Positions 18,434 to 28,638 of a DNA stretch of 64,000 nt are shown here, one piece after another. The position numbers were made by a program, and so were the translations under genes. Below the pieces are notes generated by a model. That model ran no database searches. It had not been told where the DNA came from and saw only the letters and a list, made by a program, of their open reading frames with translations. The stretch spans positions 47,181-111,180 of the forward strand of contig CAYJWF010000001.1 in the NCBI GenBank assembly GCA_964373805.1. The letters run 5' to 3'. The DNA is from an uncultured Planctomycetia bacterium. GTDB taxonomy: Bacteria > Omnitrophota > Gorgyraeia > 1-14-0-20-64-10. Numbering within the stretch: the first letter of the stretch is position 1; every line of letters starts with the position of its first letter.

Positions 18434-19824
18434 GTTCGGATATCCACAAAGTGACCCGTAACGGCTGCCGCCGCAGCCATCTCGGGGCTGACCAAGTGGG
18501 TGCGGCCTCCTTTTCCTTGACGACCCTCGAAGTTTCTGTTGGAGGTGGAGGCACAGCGTTGACCGGACTTGAGTTGGTCCGGATTCATCCCGAGGCACAT
18601 GCTGCAGCCGGAGTAGCGCCAGTCGCAGCCGGCTTCTTTGAAAACCCGGTCCAATCCCTCGGCGATTGCCTGGGTGCGCACCTGTTCCGACCCTGGGACG
18701 ACGAGCGCCTTAACCCCGGCTGCCACCTTTCGTCCTTTCAAGATTTGGGCGGCGGCCCGGAGATCCTCGATCCGGGCGTTGGTGCAGCTTCCGATAAAAA
18801 CGACATCGATCGGGATCTCAGGTATCGGTGTTCCGGTCTCAAGTCCCATGTAGGCGAGAGCCTGTTCCACATCCCGCCGGCTGTAACCGGGAACCTGATC
18901 GGGTTCAGGGACTTTTCCCGTGACCTCCACCACCATCCCGGGGTTCGTTCCCCAGGTGACCTGCGGGGCGATCTGCGAGGCATCGATCGTGATCGAGCGA
19001 TCGAAGGGGGCGTCCGGGTCGGAGGGCAGAGTTTTCCAGAAGGCGATCGATCGATCCAGATCGCTTCCTTTCGGAGCAAACGGTCGATGGCCGGTGGCGA
19101 TGTACTGGAACGTGGTATCGTCGGGTGCGATCATACCGGCCCGCGCCCCGGCCTCGATCGACATGTTGCAGATCGTCATCCGAGCCTCCAGGGAGAGGGA
19201 TTTCACTGCCGATCCGGTATACTCAAACACGTGTCCGGTCCCACCGGCGGTCCCGATGGTTCCGATTAACTTCAGGATCATGTCCTTGGAGGTGACGTGG
19301 GGTTTGAGCTGTCCCGTAAACTCCACCTGAAACGTTTTTGGCCTCTTCTGGGTGAGACACTGGGTGGCCAGGACATGTTCCAGCTCCGAGGTTCCGATCC
19401 CAAAGGCCAGCGTCCCAAAGGCGCCGTGGGTGGAGGTGTGGGAATCTCCGCAGACGATCGTGGTTCCGGGCAAGGTGAGGCCCAACTCCGGCCCGATGAT
19501 GTGAACGATCCCTTGATGGTCGCTTTTCAAATCGTACAGGGTGATGCCGAACTCAGCGCAGTTCTTCGACAGAGCCTCGATCTGGGCTCGGGAGATCGGA
19601 TCCTGGATGGTCGTCCGGTTATCGGTCGGGACGTTGTGGTCCATGGTGGCGATGGTCAACTCCGGCCGCCGGACCGCTCGAGCCCTCAGGCGCAGCCCCT
19701 CAAAGGCCTGGGGAGAGGTCACTTCATGGATGAGATGCCGGTCGATGTAGAGAAGGGCTGTCCCATCCGGGAACGTGGTGACCAGGTGCCGGTCCCAGAT
19801 CTTCTCAAACAGCGTTTTTCCCAT
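18424..19824 (-). CDS. leuC: 3-isopropylmalate dehydratase large subunit
   Basis: Aconitase-family motifs; alternative upstream ATG at 19851 lies within the GGGGTCAGACCCC repeat (MGSDPSGLA). Confidence 0.85.
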   Translation of the reverse strand: MGKTLFEKIWDRHLVTTFPDGTALLYIDRHLIHEVTSPQAFEGLRLRARAVRRPELTIATMDHNVPTDNRTTIQDPISRAQIEALSKNCAEFGITLYDLKSDHQGIVHIIGPELGLTLPGTTIVCGDSHTSTHGAFGTLAFGIGTSELEHVLATQCLTQKRPKTFQVEFTGQLKPHVTSKDMILKLIGTIGTAGGTGHVFEYTGSAVKSLSLEARMTICNMSIEAGARAGMIAPDDTTFQYIATGHRPFAPKGSDLDRSIAFWKTLPSDPDAPFDRSITIDASQIAPQVTWGTNPGMVVEVTGKVPEPDQVPGYSRRDVEQALAYMGLETGTPIPEIPIDVVFIGSCTNARIEDLRAAAQILKGRKVAAGVKALVVPGSEQVRTQAIAEGLDRVFKEAGCDWRYSGCSMCLGMNPDQLKSGQRCASTSNRNFEGRQGKGGRTHLVSPEMAAAAAVTGHFVDIRTWA

Positions 19825-19826
19825 AG

Positions 19827-20339
19827 CTAAACCTGAGGGGTCTGACCCCATTTGGTTTTCTTTTCGAGGGTTATAAAACTGAAGGGGTATGGGTTCTCTT
19901 GATCCGGGGAAAAATCCTCCCGAGAGGCTTCCTGCCAGACCGAGCGATCCAAAGAGAATAGAGGTGTATCCCCCGGAAAATCATGGTGGATCAAGGTGAG
20001 GTAGATGCGATTCGCGAACGGCAAGGCCTGCTCAAAGATCTGGCCACCGCCAATGACAAAGACCTCCTCGTCTCTCTCACAGAGGCGAAGCGCTTCCTCC
20101 AAGGAGTGGGCCACCAAGCCGTCTTGAGCTCTGAAATCGCTCTGTCGGGTGACGACCACGTTGGTTCTACCGGGCAAGGCCTTTCCGATCGATTCGTATG
20201 TTTTTCGTCCCACGATGATGGGGTGGTTCATGGTGAGTTGCTTAAAGTGCTTCAGATCCGCGGGCAAGTGCCACGGGAGCCGATTCTTGTTTCCGATGAC
20301 CCCGTTTTGGGAAGCTGCACAAAGGATGGAGATCATCAC
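19827..20339 (-). CDS. folA: dihydrofolate reductase
   Basis: [14 protein letters not shown]...[13 protein letters not shown] signature; last 8 codons plus stop supplied by the 13-mer repeat. Confidence 0.8.
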   Translation of the reverse strand: MMISILCAASQNGVIGNKNRLPWHLPADLKHFKQLTMNHPIIVGRKTYESIGKALPGRTNVVVTRQSDFRAQDGLVAHSLEEALRLCERDEEVFVIGGGQIFEQALPFANRIYLTLIHHDFPGDTPLFSLDRSVWQEASREDFSPDQENPYPFSFITLEKKTKWGQTPQV

Positions 20340-20350
20340 GTCGCACCGAT

Positions 20351-21145
20351 TTAAACTGCCACCTCGGCCCGGATCGGTGGGTGGTGCTGGTAATTCTCCA
20401 GTTGGAAATCCTCATAGGTGAAATCGAAGATCGATCGGACGTTGGGATTTAGTTTCATCCGAGATAAGGGGAATGGCTCTCGGGTGAGCTGCAGCCTGGC
20501 GAGCTCGAGATGACTTAAGTAGAGGTGAACGTCCCCCAAGGTGTGGACGAACTCCCCAGGTTTAAGATCGCACACGGAAGCGACCATGAGCGTCAGAAGC
20601 GCGTAGGAGGCGATGTTGAAGGGGACCCCCAGGAAAAGGTCGGCGCTTCGTTGGTACAACTGGCACGACAGTTTCCCATCGGCTACGTAAAATTGAAACA
20701 AACAGTGACAAGGAGGCAGCCTCATCTTATCGAGATCCGCCACGTTCCAGGCGGAGACGACCAGCCGTCGGGAGTCCGGGTCTTTCTGGATTGCCTCGAC
20801 CAACCGGCTCACCTGATCGATGGCGCCGCCGTCGGGGCAGGGCCAGCTTCGCCACTGATGGCCGTAGACCGGCCCTAAGTCACCTTTGGAATCGGCCCAC
20901 TCATCCCAGATGGTGACCCCGTGGTCCTTGAGGTACTTGACGTTGGTGTCCCCTTTCAGAAACCAGAGCAGTTCATAGATCGCCGATTTCAGGTGAACCT
21001 TCTTCGTGGTGACCAAGGGGAACCCCTGGGCCAGATCGAACCGCATCTGGTAGCCGAAGAGGCTGAGCGTCCCGGTCCCCGTTCGATCCGGTCGCTTCAC
21101 CCCATGGTCCAGGATGCGCTGCATCAGTTCAAGATACTGTTTCAT
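20351..21145 (-). CDS. thyA: thymidylate synthase
   Basis: [16 protein letters not shown]...DRTGTGT ThyA N-terminus, 264 aa. Confidence 0.9.
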   Translation of the reverse strand: MKQYLELMQRILDHGVKRPDRTGTGTLSLFGYQMRFDLAQGFPLVTTKKVHLKSAIYELLWFLKGDTNVKYLKDHGVTIWDEWADSKGDLGPVYGHQWRSWPCPDGGAIDQVSRLVEAIQKDPDSRRLVVSAWNVADLDKMRLPPCHCLFQFYVADGKLSCQLYQRSADLFLGVPFNIASYALLTLMVASVCDLKPGEFVHTLGDVHLYLSHLELARLQLTREPFPLSRMKLNPNVRSIFDFTYEDFQLENYQHHPPIRAEVAV

Positions 21146-21194
21146 CGACGGAAAGCCCCCAGATTTTCCTGAGCCCTATTATAGCCATGTTATA

Positions 21195-21566
21195 ATGAAA
21201 GTTCTATCGATGGTTGAGTACGCAGGGATTTTGATTACCTTCCTTCTGGCTGCCTTGGTGGCCGGTGGGTTTCTGATGCTGGCGAGCCTGTTGGGGCCGA
21301 AGAGGCCGTCGCCGGCGAAATTGGAGCCGTTTGAGTGCGGATCAGAACCGTTTCAGCTGCCGGCCGGTCGGTTTTCGATCAAGTTCTATCTCGTGGCGAT
21401 GCTGTTTATCCTGTTCGATGTGGAGTTGGTCTTCCTATTCCCTTGGGCGGTGGTCTACCGGGAGTTGGGGTTTCCGGGATTTCTCGAGATGGCGGTCTTC
21501 CTCGGCATTGTCCTAGTGGGTTTTGTCTACGCTTGGAAGAAAGGGGCCTTGGAGTGGGCGGATTGA
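21195..21566 (+). CDS. nuoA: NADH-quinone oxidoreductase subunit A
   Basis: Three TM helices, ...FLFPWAV motif; start ATG 21195. Confidence 0.8.
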   Translation: MKVLSMVEYAGILITFLLAALVAGGFLMLASLLGPKRPSPAKLEPFECGSEPFQLPAGRFSIKFYLVAMLFILFDVELVFLFPWAVVYRELGFPGFLEMAVFLGIVLVGFVYAWKKGALEWAD

Positions 21567-22057
21567 ATTTCTTTACCAGTAGGTTAGAGGCGGCGGTCGG
21601 GTGGGCGAGGAAGTTCTCCATCTTTCAGTATCCGTTCGTCACCGCCTGCTGTGGGATGGAGTACATGGCCACTGCCTGCTCCCATTACGATGTGGATCGC
21701 TTCGGCGCCGGGTTCCCCCGCTTCTCCCCCCGCCAGGCGGATGTGTTGTTCGTCGTGGGCACGATCAGCCACAAGATGGCCCCCGTCTTAAAGAAGATCT
21801 ACGATCAGATGACGGAACCGAAGTGGGTCGTGGCTTTTGGGGTCTGCACCTGTACCGGAGGATTTTACGACAACTACGCCACGGTGATGGGAATCGACAC
21901 CTTCATTCCGGTGGACATCTACATCCCCGGTTGCCCCCCTCGGCCTGAGAACGTGCTCGATGGGCTGATGAAACTTCAGGAGAAGATCCAGGCGCAGCAC
22001 TCTGGAAAACCGTATCCCCCGGCGCAACAGTACCATGGAGCCTCCTTTACTGTGTGA
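21553..22057 (+). CDS. nuoB: NADH-quinone oxidoreductase subunit B
   Basis: [32 protein letters not shown] motifs; GTG start overlapping nuoA end. Confidence 0.8.
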
Positions 22058-22619
22058 ACAGTTGGCCCGCCGATTTCCCGAGGCGGTATTGGCCACCCAT
22101 ACCTACCGAGGGGAGGCCACCGCGACGATCCGCCGGGAGCGGCTTCTGGAGGTGGCCCGATTCTTGAAAGAGGATCCCCTTTTTAAGATGAACTTCCTCG
22201 TGGATCTGACAGCGGTGGATTACCTGACTTTTGGAAAGCAGCCGCCCGCTCAAGGGGCCTTTGTCAACAGCGGGATAGCCGTTCGGCCCGCGTCAGAGAT
22301 TCCGGATCCGAATCCTTGGCCCGGTCGCGCGACCTCGGATCGGTTTGAGGTGGTTTACCATTTCTTCTCGCTTGCCTTAAGGCATCGGATCCGGATCAAG
22401 GTCCCGGTTTCGGAGGCCGATCCGCAGGTGCAGTCGCTCACCTCTCTTTGGGCAGGAGCCGACTGGTTTGAGCGGGAGATCTGGGACATGTTTGGGATTC
22501 GATTCCGAGGGCATCCCAACTTGAAACGGATCCTGATGTACGAGGAGTTTGTGGGCCATCCGTTGCGGAAGGATTATCCGGTGAATAAACGACAGCCTCT
22601 GATCGGGCCGGTAAATTGA
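22035..22619 (+). CDS. nuoC: NADH-quinone oxidoreductase subunit C
   Basis: 30-kDa subunit family. Confidence 0.75.
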   Translation: MEPPLLCEQLARRFPEAVLATHTYRGEATATIRRERLLEVARFLKEDPLFKMNFLVDLTAVDYLTFGKQPPAQGAFVNSGIAVRPASEIPDPNPWPGRATSDRFEVVYHFFSLALRHRIRIKVPVSEADPQVQSLTSLWAGADWFEREIWDMFGIRFRGHPNLKRILMYEEFVGHPLRKDYPVNKRQPLIGPVN

Positions 22620-22637
22620 CGCGGACCGAAGGACCGC

Positions 22638-22672
22638 GTCATTGCGAGGAACGATGGTGACGAAGCAATCTC
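22638..22672. repeat. REP-like repeat family copy (GTCATTGCGAGGAACGATGGTGACGAAGCAATCTC)
   Basis: Family consensus GTCATTGCGAGGARCGAAGTGACGAAGCAATC; other copies 27483-27560, 44254-44322, 45811-45860, 49228-49263. Confidence 0.75.
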
Positions 22673-24051
22673 CTACAAGCGAGATCGCCACGCCCCCGCT
22701 TAAAGCGGGGGCTCGCGATGACGTACGGTTAGAAACGCGGGAGATGCTCCTTAACGTGGGGCCGGCCCATCCGGCGATGCACGGGATCATCCGGATCGTC
22801 TTGAAACTGGATGGGGAGACGATTCGCTCGAGCGATGTGGAGATCGGGTACCTCCATCGGGGTTTCGAAAAGATGTCGGAAGTGGTCACCTATAACGGGG
22901 TGATCCCTTACGCCGATCGGTTAAACTACGTCTCACCCCTCATCAACAACGTAGGCTACTGCATGGCCGTCGAGAAGCTGCTCGGGATCGAAACCCCGGA
23001 GCGATGCCAATACATCCGGGTGATCGTATCGGAAATCTCTCGGGTCACCGACCATTTGACCTGCATTGGGGCCTCGGCCATGGAACTCGGGGCCTTCACC
23101 GTGTTCCTCTACATGATCAAGGCCCGGGAGTTTCTCTGGGAGTTGGTGGAGGTGGTGACCGGGGCGAGGCTCACCGTTTCCTATTGCCGAGTGGGGGGAA
23201 TCAAGGCCGACCTGCCGGAGGGATTTTCCGATCGGTGCCGGAAGGCGATCGCCGAGACTCGGAAGGTGCTGGTGGAGGTGGACAAGCTCTTGACCCGGAA
23301 TCGGATCTTTGTCGACCGGATGAAAGGGACCGGTCGGATCTCCCAGGAGGAAGCGATCTCCTACGGGATCACCGGTCCTTTCTTAAGAGCGACCGGGGTG
23401 AACTACGACGTTCGCAAGGTTTCACCCTATTTGGTGTACGACCGGCTGCAGTTTGACGTGCCGCTCGGTTCCCATGGGGACAATTTGGACCGATATTACG
23501 TCCGGATGGAGGAGATGGAGCAGTCGATGCGGATCATCGAGATCTGCCTGAAGGGGATTCCCGCCGGGCCTATTGGAGTTGAGCCGGAGACCGGCAAGCC
23601 CATCTCTGCGGCTGAGATGGTTGATAAAGGAAAGATGGGCCGGATCCATGAGATTGCCGACAAGGTGGCGGTGACCGACCCTACTTTGGAAGGAGCCTCC
23701 AAACCGGTTTACGGAGGGATCGCTGCCGGGCAGAAGCGGGTTTTCCTGCCGCCCAAAGAGGATACCTACGGGAACATCGAGGGCCTCATGCAGCATTTCA
23801 AGCTGGTCATGTTTGGGCATGGTATCCGGCCCCCTCAGGGAGAGGTTTATTTCCCGGTCGAAGGGGCCAACGGCGAGTTGGGATTCTACGTGGTGAGCGA
23901 CGGTTCGGACAAGGCGTACCGGGTTCGGGTGCGGCCGCCCTGCTTTACCATTATGTCGGCGTTACCGAGGCTGCTGACAGGCGATATGGTGGCCGATCTG
24001 GTCCCGACCTTTGGGTCGGTCAACATGATCGGCGGTGAGCTCGACCGATGA
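22654..24051 (+). CDS. nuoD: NADH-quinone oxidoreductase subunit D
   Basis: LNVGPAHPAMHG 49-kDa subunit signature; ATG 22654 lies inside REP-like repeat (ATGGTGACGAAGCAATCTCC). Confidence 0.85.
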   Translation: MVTKQSPTSEIATPPLKAGARDDVRLETREMLLNVGPAHPAMHGIIRIVLKLDGETIRSSDVEIGYLHRGFEKMSEVVTYNGVIPYADRLNYVSPLINNVGYCMAVEKLLGIETPERCQYIRVIVSEISRVTDHLTCIGASAMELGAFTVFLYMIKAREFLWELVEVVTGARLTVSYCRVGGIKADLPEGFSDRCRKAIAETRKVLVEVDKLLTRNRIFVDRMKGTGRISQEEAISYGITGPFLRATGVNYDVRKVSPYLVYDRLQFDVPLGSHGDNLDRYYVRMEEMEQSMRIIEICLKGIPAGPIGVEPETGKPISAAEMVDKGKMGRIHEIADKVAVTDPTLEGASKPVYGGIAAGQKRVFLPPKEDTYGNIEGLMQHFKLVMFGHGIRPPQGEVYFPVEGANGELGFYVVSDGSDKAYRVRVRPPCFTIMSALPRLLTGDMVADLVPTFGSVNMIGGELDR

Positions 24052-24077
24052 CTTCTTGAAGAGGATGACGGTTTGAA

Positions 24078-25886
24078 ATGGATTTTAAGCAGCTAGAACC
24101 GAAGGCGGCCGAGATCATCGCGCGGTACGAGCAGAAACAGGCGGCGATGCTGCCACTTTTGTGGCTCCTCCAGGAGAGGATCGGCTACATTCCCGTGGAG
24201 GGGGAGGCCTGGGTTTCGGAGAAGTTGGGCGTCAGCATCGCCCATGTGGATGAGGTTGTCTCCTTCTATACCCTGTTCCATCGAAAGCCGGTTGGTAAAC
24301 ACCACATCCAGGTTTGCACGACGCTCCCCTGCCTCTTAAACGGGGCCAAACAGGTTTTGGCCCAATTGGAGGAACGGCTAGGAATCGGGGTAGGGAAGAC
24401 TTCTTCCGATGGGAAGGTGACCCTTTCCACGGTTGAGTGCCTCTGCGCCTGCGAAGTGGCGCCGGTGGCCCAGGTCAACGACCGATACGTAGGGCCGTTG
24501 ACCCCGGAGTCGGTCCCGTCCTTCCTAAAAACGGTGTCTGACACCTCGCAGTTGCGAGAAGCGGTGTCAGACACCACCTACGTTTCCACCGATGGGCCGG
24601 TTCTCTCCAGGCGATTCAGGAACGCCGAGGGGAACTGGTTTGATGCCTATGTCGCCGATGGAGGGTATCAAGCGGCGAAGAAGGCGCTGACCTCCATGAC
24701 GCCTCAACAGGTGATCGACGTCGTCTCCCGGTCGAACCTTCGTGGACTGGGAGGGGCAGGCTTTCCGACTGGAAAGAAATGGGGGTTTGTCCCCAAGAAC
24801 AGCGCGAAGCCGGTCTATTTGGTGGTCAACGCCGATGAAGGGGAACCAGGCACTTTCAAGGATCGGTACATTCTGGAGCGGGACCCCCATGCCCTGATGG
24901 AAGGGATGATCATCGCTGCTTACGCCATTGGGGCGCACAAGGCGTACGTCTACGTTCGGGGGGAGTACGTCCGGCCGTTCCACCGGTTCTCGCAAGCGGT
25001 CCAAGAAGCTACCCAACACGGATGGCTGGGGAAGAAGATCCAGGGAACCAGTTTTGACCTGGAGGTGGTGGTTCATCGAGGGGCTGGGGCCTACATCTGT
25101 GGGGAAGAGACGGCCCTGTTGACCTCTCTCGAAGGAGGCAAAGGTTTCCCCAAATTAAAGCCGCCGTTTCCGGCGATCTCTGGGCTTTTCAAGTGTCCCA
25201 CCATGGTGAACAACGTGGAGACCCTGGCCTGTGTTCCACCGATCGTTCGAAACGGTCCCGAGTGGTTTGCGAAGCTGGGAACCCTTAAGCAGGGAGGGAC
25301 CCGCCTGTTCAGCCTCTGTGGGCATGTCAACCGTCCTGGCCTATACGAGGCCCCGGTGGGGGTAAGCTTAAGGGAGCTCATCTATCATCATGCCGAAGGG
25401 ATTCGAGGAGGCCGCGAGCTTAAGGCGGTTGTCCCCGGCGGAATCTCGGCCAAGATCTTGACCGCCCAGGAGATCGATGTGGGCATGGACTTCGATTCGC
25501 TTTCGGCGGCCGGGACGATGGCCGGATCGGCCGGGGTGATTGTGATGGATGAGACGACCTGCATGGTGGAGGCCCTGGTGAGCGCGGCCCGCTTTTTTGC
25601 CGATGAGTCCTGCGGGCAATGTTCCCCTTGCCGGGAAGGGACCGGCTGGATCCTGAAGATCCTGACTCGGATGAAGGAGGGCCAGGGCCGTCCGCAAGAT
25701 TTGGAGAGTCTCCTTTCCATTGCGGGGAACATGGAGGGCAAGACGATCTGCGTCTTTGCCGATGCGGCCGCTTGGCCGGTGCAGAGCTACATCACGAAGT
25801 TCCGGGAAGAGTTTGAATACCACGTCCGAGAGGGGCGGTGCGATTTAGAGGATCACCCGTTCGTCCTTAAGCATGTCGAAGGATAA
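24078..25886 (+). CDS. nuoEF: fused NADH-quinone oxidoreductase subunits E and F
   Basis: N-terminal 24-kDa NuoE (CTTLPC...CLCACEVAP) and C-terminal NuoF (GLGGAGFPTG, CGQCSPCREG) in one 602-aa ORF; junction carries a palindromic repeat. Confidence 0.8.
   Translation: MDFKQLEPKAAEIIARYEQKQAAMLPLLWLLQERIGYIPVEGEAWVSEKLGVSIAHVDEVVSFYTLFHRKPVGKHHIQVCTTLPCLLNGAKQVLAQLEERLGIGVGKTSSDGKVTLSTVECLCACEVAPVAQVNDRYVGPLTPESVPSFLKTVSDTSQLREAVSDTTYVSTDGPVLSRRFRNAEGNWFDAYVADGGYQAAKKALTSMTPQQVIDVVSRSNLRGLGGAGFPTGKKWGFVPKNSAKPVYLVVNADEGEPGTFKDRYILERDPHALMEGMIIAAYAIGAHKAYVYVRGEYVRPFHRFSQAVQEATQHGWLGKKIQGTSFDLEVVVHRGAGAYICGEETALLTSLEGGKGFPKLKPPFPAISGLFKCPTMVNNVETLACVPPIVRNGPEWFAKLGTLKQGGTRLFSLCGHVNRPGLYEAPVGVSLRELIYHHAEGIRGGRELKAVVPGGISAKILTAQEIDVGMDFDSLSAAGTMAGSAGVIVMDETTCMVEALVSAARFFADESCGQCSPCREGTGWILKILTRMKEGQGRPQDLESLLSIAGNMEGKTICVFADAAAWPVQSYITKFREEFEYHVREGRCDLEDHPFVLKHVEG
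24533..24575. repeat. hairpin of two 13-mers GGTGTCTGACACC / GGTGTCAGACACC with inner palindrome, at nuoE-nuoF junction
   Basis: ggtgtctgacacc tcgcagttgcgagaagc ggtgtcagacacc; codes KTVSDTSQLREAVSDTT. Confidence 0.75.
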
Positions 25887-25889
25887 CCG

Positions 25890-27503
25890 ATGCCGACACT
25901 AACCATTGACGGCAAGTCGATCACCGTGCCGGAGGGGACGACCGTCATTCAGGCGGCCGAAAGCCAAGGGATCTTCATCCCTCGGTACTGCTACCATCCG
26001 GGGCTTTCCATCGCGGGGAACTGCCGAATCTGTCTCGTGGAGATCGAGAAGAACCCCAAGCTGCAGATCGCCTGCAACACCCCGGTCGTCGAGGGAATGG
26101 TGGTCCGCACAAACTCCCCTCGGGTTTCGCAGGGCCAACAGTCGGTGCTCGAGTTTCTCCTCATCAACCACCCGTTGGACTGCCCGGTCTGCGACCAGTC
26201 CGGCGAGTGCGACCTTCAGAACTTCTACCTCAAGTACGGGCTGTACGATGCTCGGTTTAGGGAGCAAAAGGTCAAGAAGCCGAAGGTCGTTCCCATTGGC
26301 CCGACGGTGATGTTGGACGCCGAGCGTTGCATCCTCTGCTCCCGATGTGTCCGGTTTACCGATGAGATCACGAAGACCGGGGAGCTCGGGATTTTTAACC
26401 GCGGTGATCAGGCCGAGATCGGGCTGGGGCCGGGCAAGGTTCTGGACAACCGATATTCCGGCAACGTGGTGGACATCTGCCCGGTCGGGGCCTTGACCGA
26501 CCGGGATTTCCGGTTCAAGGCACGGGTCTGGTATCTTTCCACCTCGCCATCGATCTGCAACGGTTGTTCCCAAGGATGCAACATCGAACTCCATGATGTG
26601 CTCGATCGGCCGCATTTGAGCGGGGGCGCCCGGGTGATGCGGATAAAACCGCGGTATAACGCCGAGGTCAATCAATGGTGGATCTGCGATGAGGGCCGCT
26701 ACGGTTATAAATTCATCGACCAGGACCGCCTGCGGAAGGTACTTCGCCATGGAGTGGAGAGTTCCTGGGAAAAGGCGTTGTCGGAGTTGGCCGAGGGCTT
26801 AAGACAGGTCCATCTGGAGGCCGCACCGCATCGATTAGGGGTACTTCCATCGGCCCAACTGACCCTGGAGGAGCTGTTCCTCATCCGAAAGCTGTTCAAG
26901 GATCTTCTCGGGGTGCCGTATTGCACAGCGGATGTCCCAGCCCGGCCAGGGTATGCGGACGATTTTCTCATCAAGGCGGATAAGAACCCCAACACCCGAG
27001 GGGCGACTCTTCTGGGTTTAGCGGGCGAGGGGGTTCCTCCGGCTGCCCAGGTGATCGAGGAGATTCAAGCCGGTCGAATCAGAGCCCTCTGGGTCTTTGG
27101 CCACGATCTCGTGGAGCTGTTCGGGGAGGCCCTGGTTAAGGATTTGGCAAAAAGGCTATGCGTATTTATCTTTCAGGGTTCCAACGTGAACGGAACCGCT
27201 CGCTACGCCCATTGGGTCCTGCCCAGCGCCGTGTATGCCGAGAAGGAGGGGACCTTTGTGAACGTCCACGGGCGCCTCCAGCGGATCTTTCAGGCCTTTG
27301 AACCCCTTCCAGAGGCTCGATCCGATAGCGAGATTCTTCTGGATCTGTTCGATCACCTGAACCTGCCGGTTCCGGGCCGGACGGCAGAAGAGATCTTCCA
27401 CGCGGTGGGGGAGGCGGTACCCATCTTCTCGGGGCTCACCTACGAGAAGATCGGATTGCAGGGAACACAACTGGTGAACTCGTCATTGCGAGGAGCGAAG
27501 TGA
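25890..27503 (+). CDS. nuoG: NADH-quinone oxidoreductase subunit G (short form)
   Basis: N-terminal 2Fe-2S and 4Fe-4S Cys clusters (CYHPGLSIAGNCRICLVE, CPVCDQSGEC, CILCSRCVRF). Confidence 0.8.
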   Translation: MPTLTIDGKSITVPEGTTVIQAAESQGIFIPRYCYHPGLSIAGNCRICLVEIEKNPKLQIACNTPVVEGMVVRTNSPRVSQGQQSVLEFLLINHPLDCPVCDQSGECDLQNFYLKYGLYDARFREQKVKKPKVVPIGPTVMLDAERCILCSRCVRFTDEITKTGELGIFNRGDQAEIGLGPGKVLDNRYSGNVVDICPVGALTDRDFRFKARVWYLSTSPSICNGCSQGCNIELHDVLDRPHLSGGARVMRIKPRYNAEVNQWWICDEGRYGYKFIDQDRLRKVLRHGVESSWEKALSELAEGLRQVHLEAAPHRLGVLPSAQLTLEELFLIRKLFKDLLGVPYCTADVPARPGYADDFLIKADKNPNTRGATLLGLAGEGVPPAAQVIEEIQAGRIRALWVFGHDLVELFGEALVKDLAKRLCVFIFQGSNVNGTARYAHWVLPSAVYAEKEGTFVNVHGRLQRIFQAFEPLPEARSDSEILLDLFDHLNLPVPGRTAEEIFHAVGEAVPIFSGLTYEKIGLQGTQLVNSSLRGAK

Positions 27504-27560
27504 CGAAGCAATCCCGTTTTAAGGACGAGATTGCTTCGCCCCTGCGGGGCTCGCAATGAC
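27483..27560. repeat. REP-like repeat, inverted pair between nuoG and nuoH
   Basis: gtcattgcgaggagcgaagtgacgaagcaatc ... gagattgcttcgcccctgcggggctcgcaatgac; supplies nuoG TGA and nuoH ATG. Confidence 0.8.
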
Positions 27561-28638
27561 CGGAATCGACCTTTGCATTAAACTGGCCTTGGCGGGGCTC
27601 GTCTTCTTTGGGGTCCTCAACCTGGCCGGTCTCCACACCTGGGTGGAGCGCAAGCAATCGGCCATCATGCAGGACCGGATCGGCGCGAACCGGGCCTCGA
27701 TCTTTGGCCTGCGCCTCTTTGGCCTGTTTCATCCTTTGGCCGACGCGATCAAGATGTTCACCAAGGAAGATTTTATTCCGGCCCACGCGGATCGGCTTCT
27801 TCACACCCTGGCTCCATTTCTCTCGGTCTTCTTTGCCCTCGTCGCTTTTGCCGGCATCCCGTTTGGAGATCGGCTCTTTCTGGGGGATCGGGTGATTGAT
27901 CTCCAAGTGGCCAAGATCGACGTCGCCCTCCTCTACATCTTTGCCATGCTCTCCTTGGGGGTTTATGGAGTGATCTTGGCCGGTTTCGCCTCCCGGAACA
28001 ACTACGCCCTGTTGGGATCTTTGAGGGCCTCGGCCCAGATGCTCTCCTACGAGGTCACCTTGGGGATCGCCATCGTCGGGGTGGTGATGAGTTTTGGAAC
28101 GCTGGACCTCCAGGAGATGGTCCGAGCTCAGGGGAGATACCTCTTCGGGTGGATTCCGATGTGGGGGATCCTGTTGCAGCCGGTCGCCTTTTTCATCTTC
28201 TTGACCGCCGCCTTGGCGGAGACGAAACGGGTCCCGTTCGATCTGCCGGAAGGGGAGTCGGAGATCATCGGCTACTTTGTCGAGTACAGCGGCATGAAGT
28301 TTGGGATGTTCTTCTTAACCGATTTCATCGAAACGGTGATGGTGGCTTGTCTGGCCACCACCTTATTTTTGGGAGGGTGGCAGGTTCCGTTTCTTTCTCC
28401 GGACGGCTTCCACTTTCCGTGGGGCGGGCTTCTCTCGGTTAAGCCTTTGGGGTACACCCTCTTAGGGGTAGCGAGCTTCACGGTGAAGGTGTTGGTCTTC
28501 TGCTGGCTGTTCATGGCGATTCGCTGGACGCTGCCTCGGTTTCGGTACGATCAGCTGATGCACCTCGGGTGGAAGATCTTGTTCCCCATCTCGGTAGCCA
28601 ACGTGTTGGTGACCGGATTGCTCTTACTGGTGGTGTGA
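27556..28638 (+). CDS. nuoH: NADH-quinone oxidoreductase subunit H
   Basis: Polytopic membrane protein, QDRIGANR motif; ATG within REP-like repeat. Confidence 0.85.
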   Translation: MTGIDLCIKLALAGLVFFGVLNLAGLHTWVERKQSAIMQDRIGANRASIFGLRLFGLFHPLADAIKMFTKEDFIPAHADRLLHTLAPFLSVFFALVAFAGIPFGDRLFLGDRVIDLQVAKIDVALLYIFAMLSLGVYGVILAGFASRNNYALLGSLRASAQMLSYEVTLGIAIVGVVMSFGTLDLQEMVRAQGRYLFGWIPMWGILLQPVAFFIFLTAALAETKRVPFDLPEGESEIIGYFVEYSGMKFGMFFLTDFIETVMVACLATTLFLGGWQVPFLSPDGFHFPWGGLLSVKPLGYTLLGVASFTVKVLVFCWLFMAIRWTLPRFRYDQLMHLGWKILFPISVANVLVTGLLLLVV

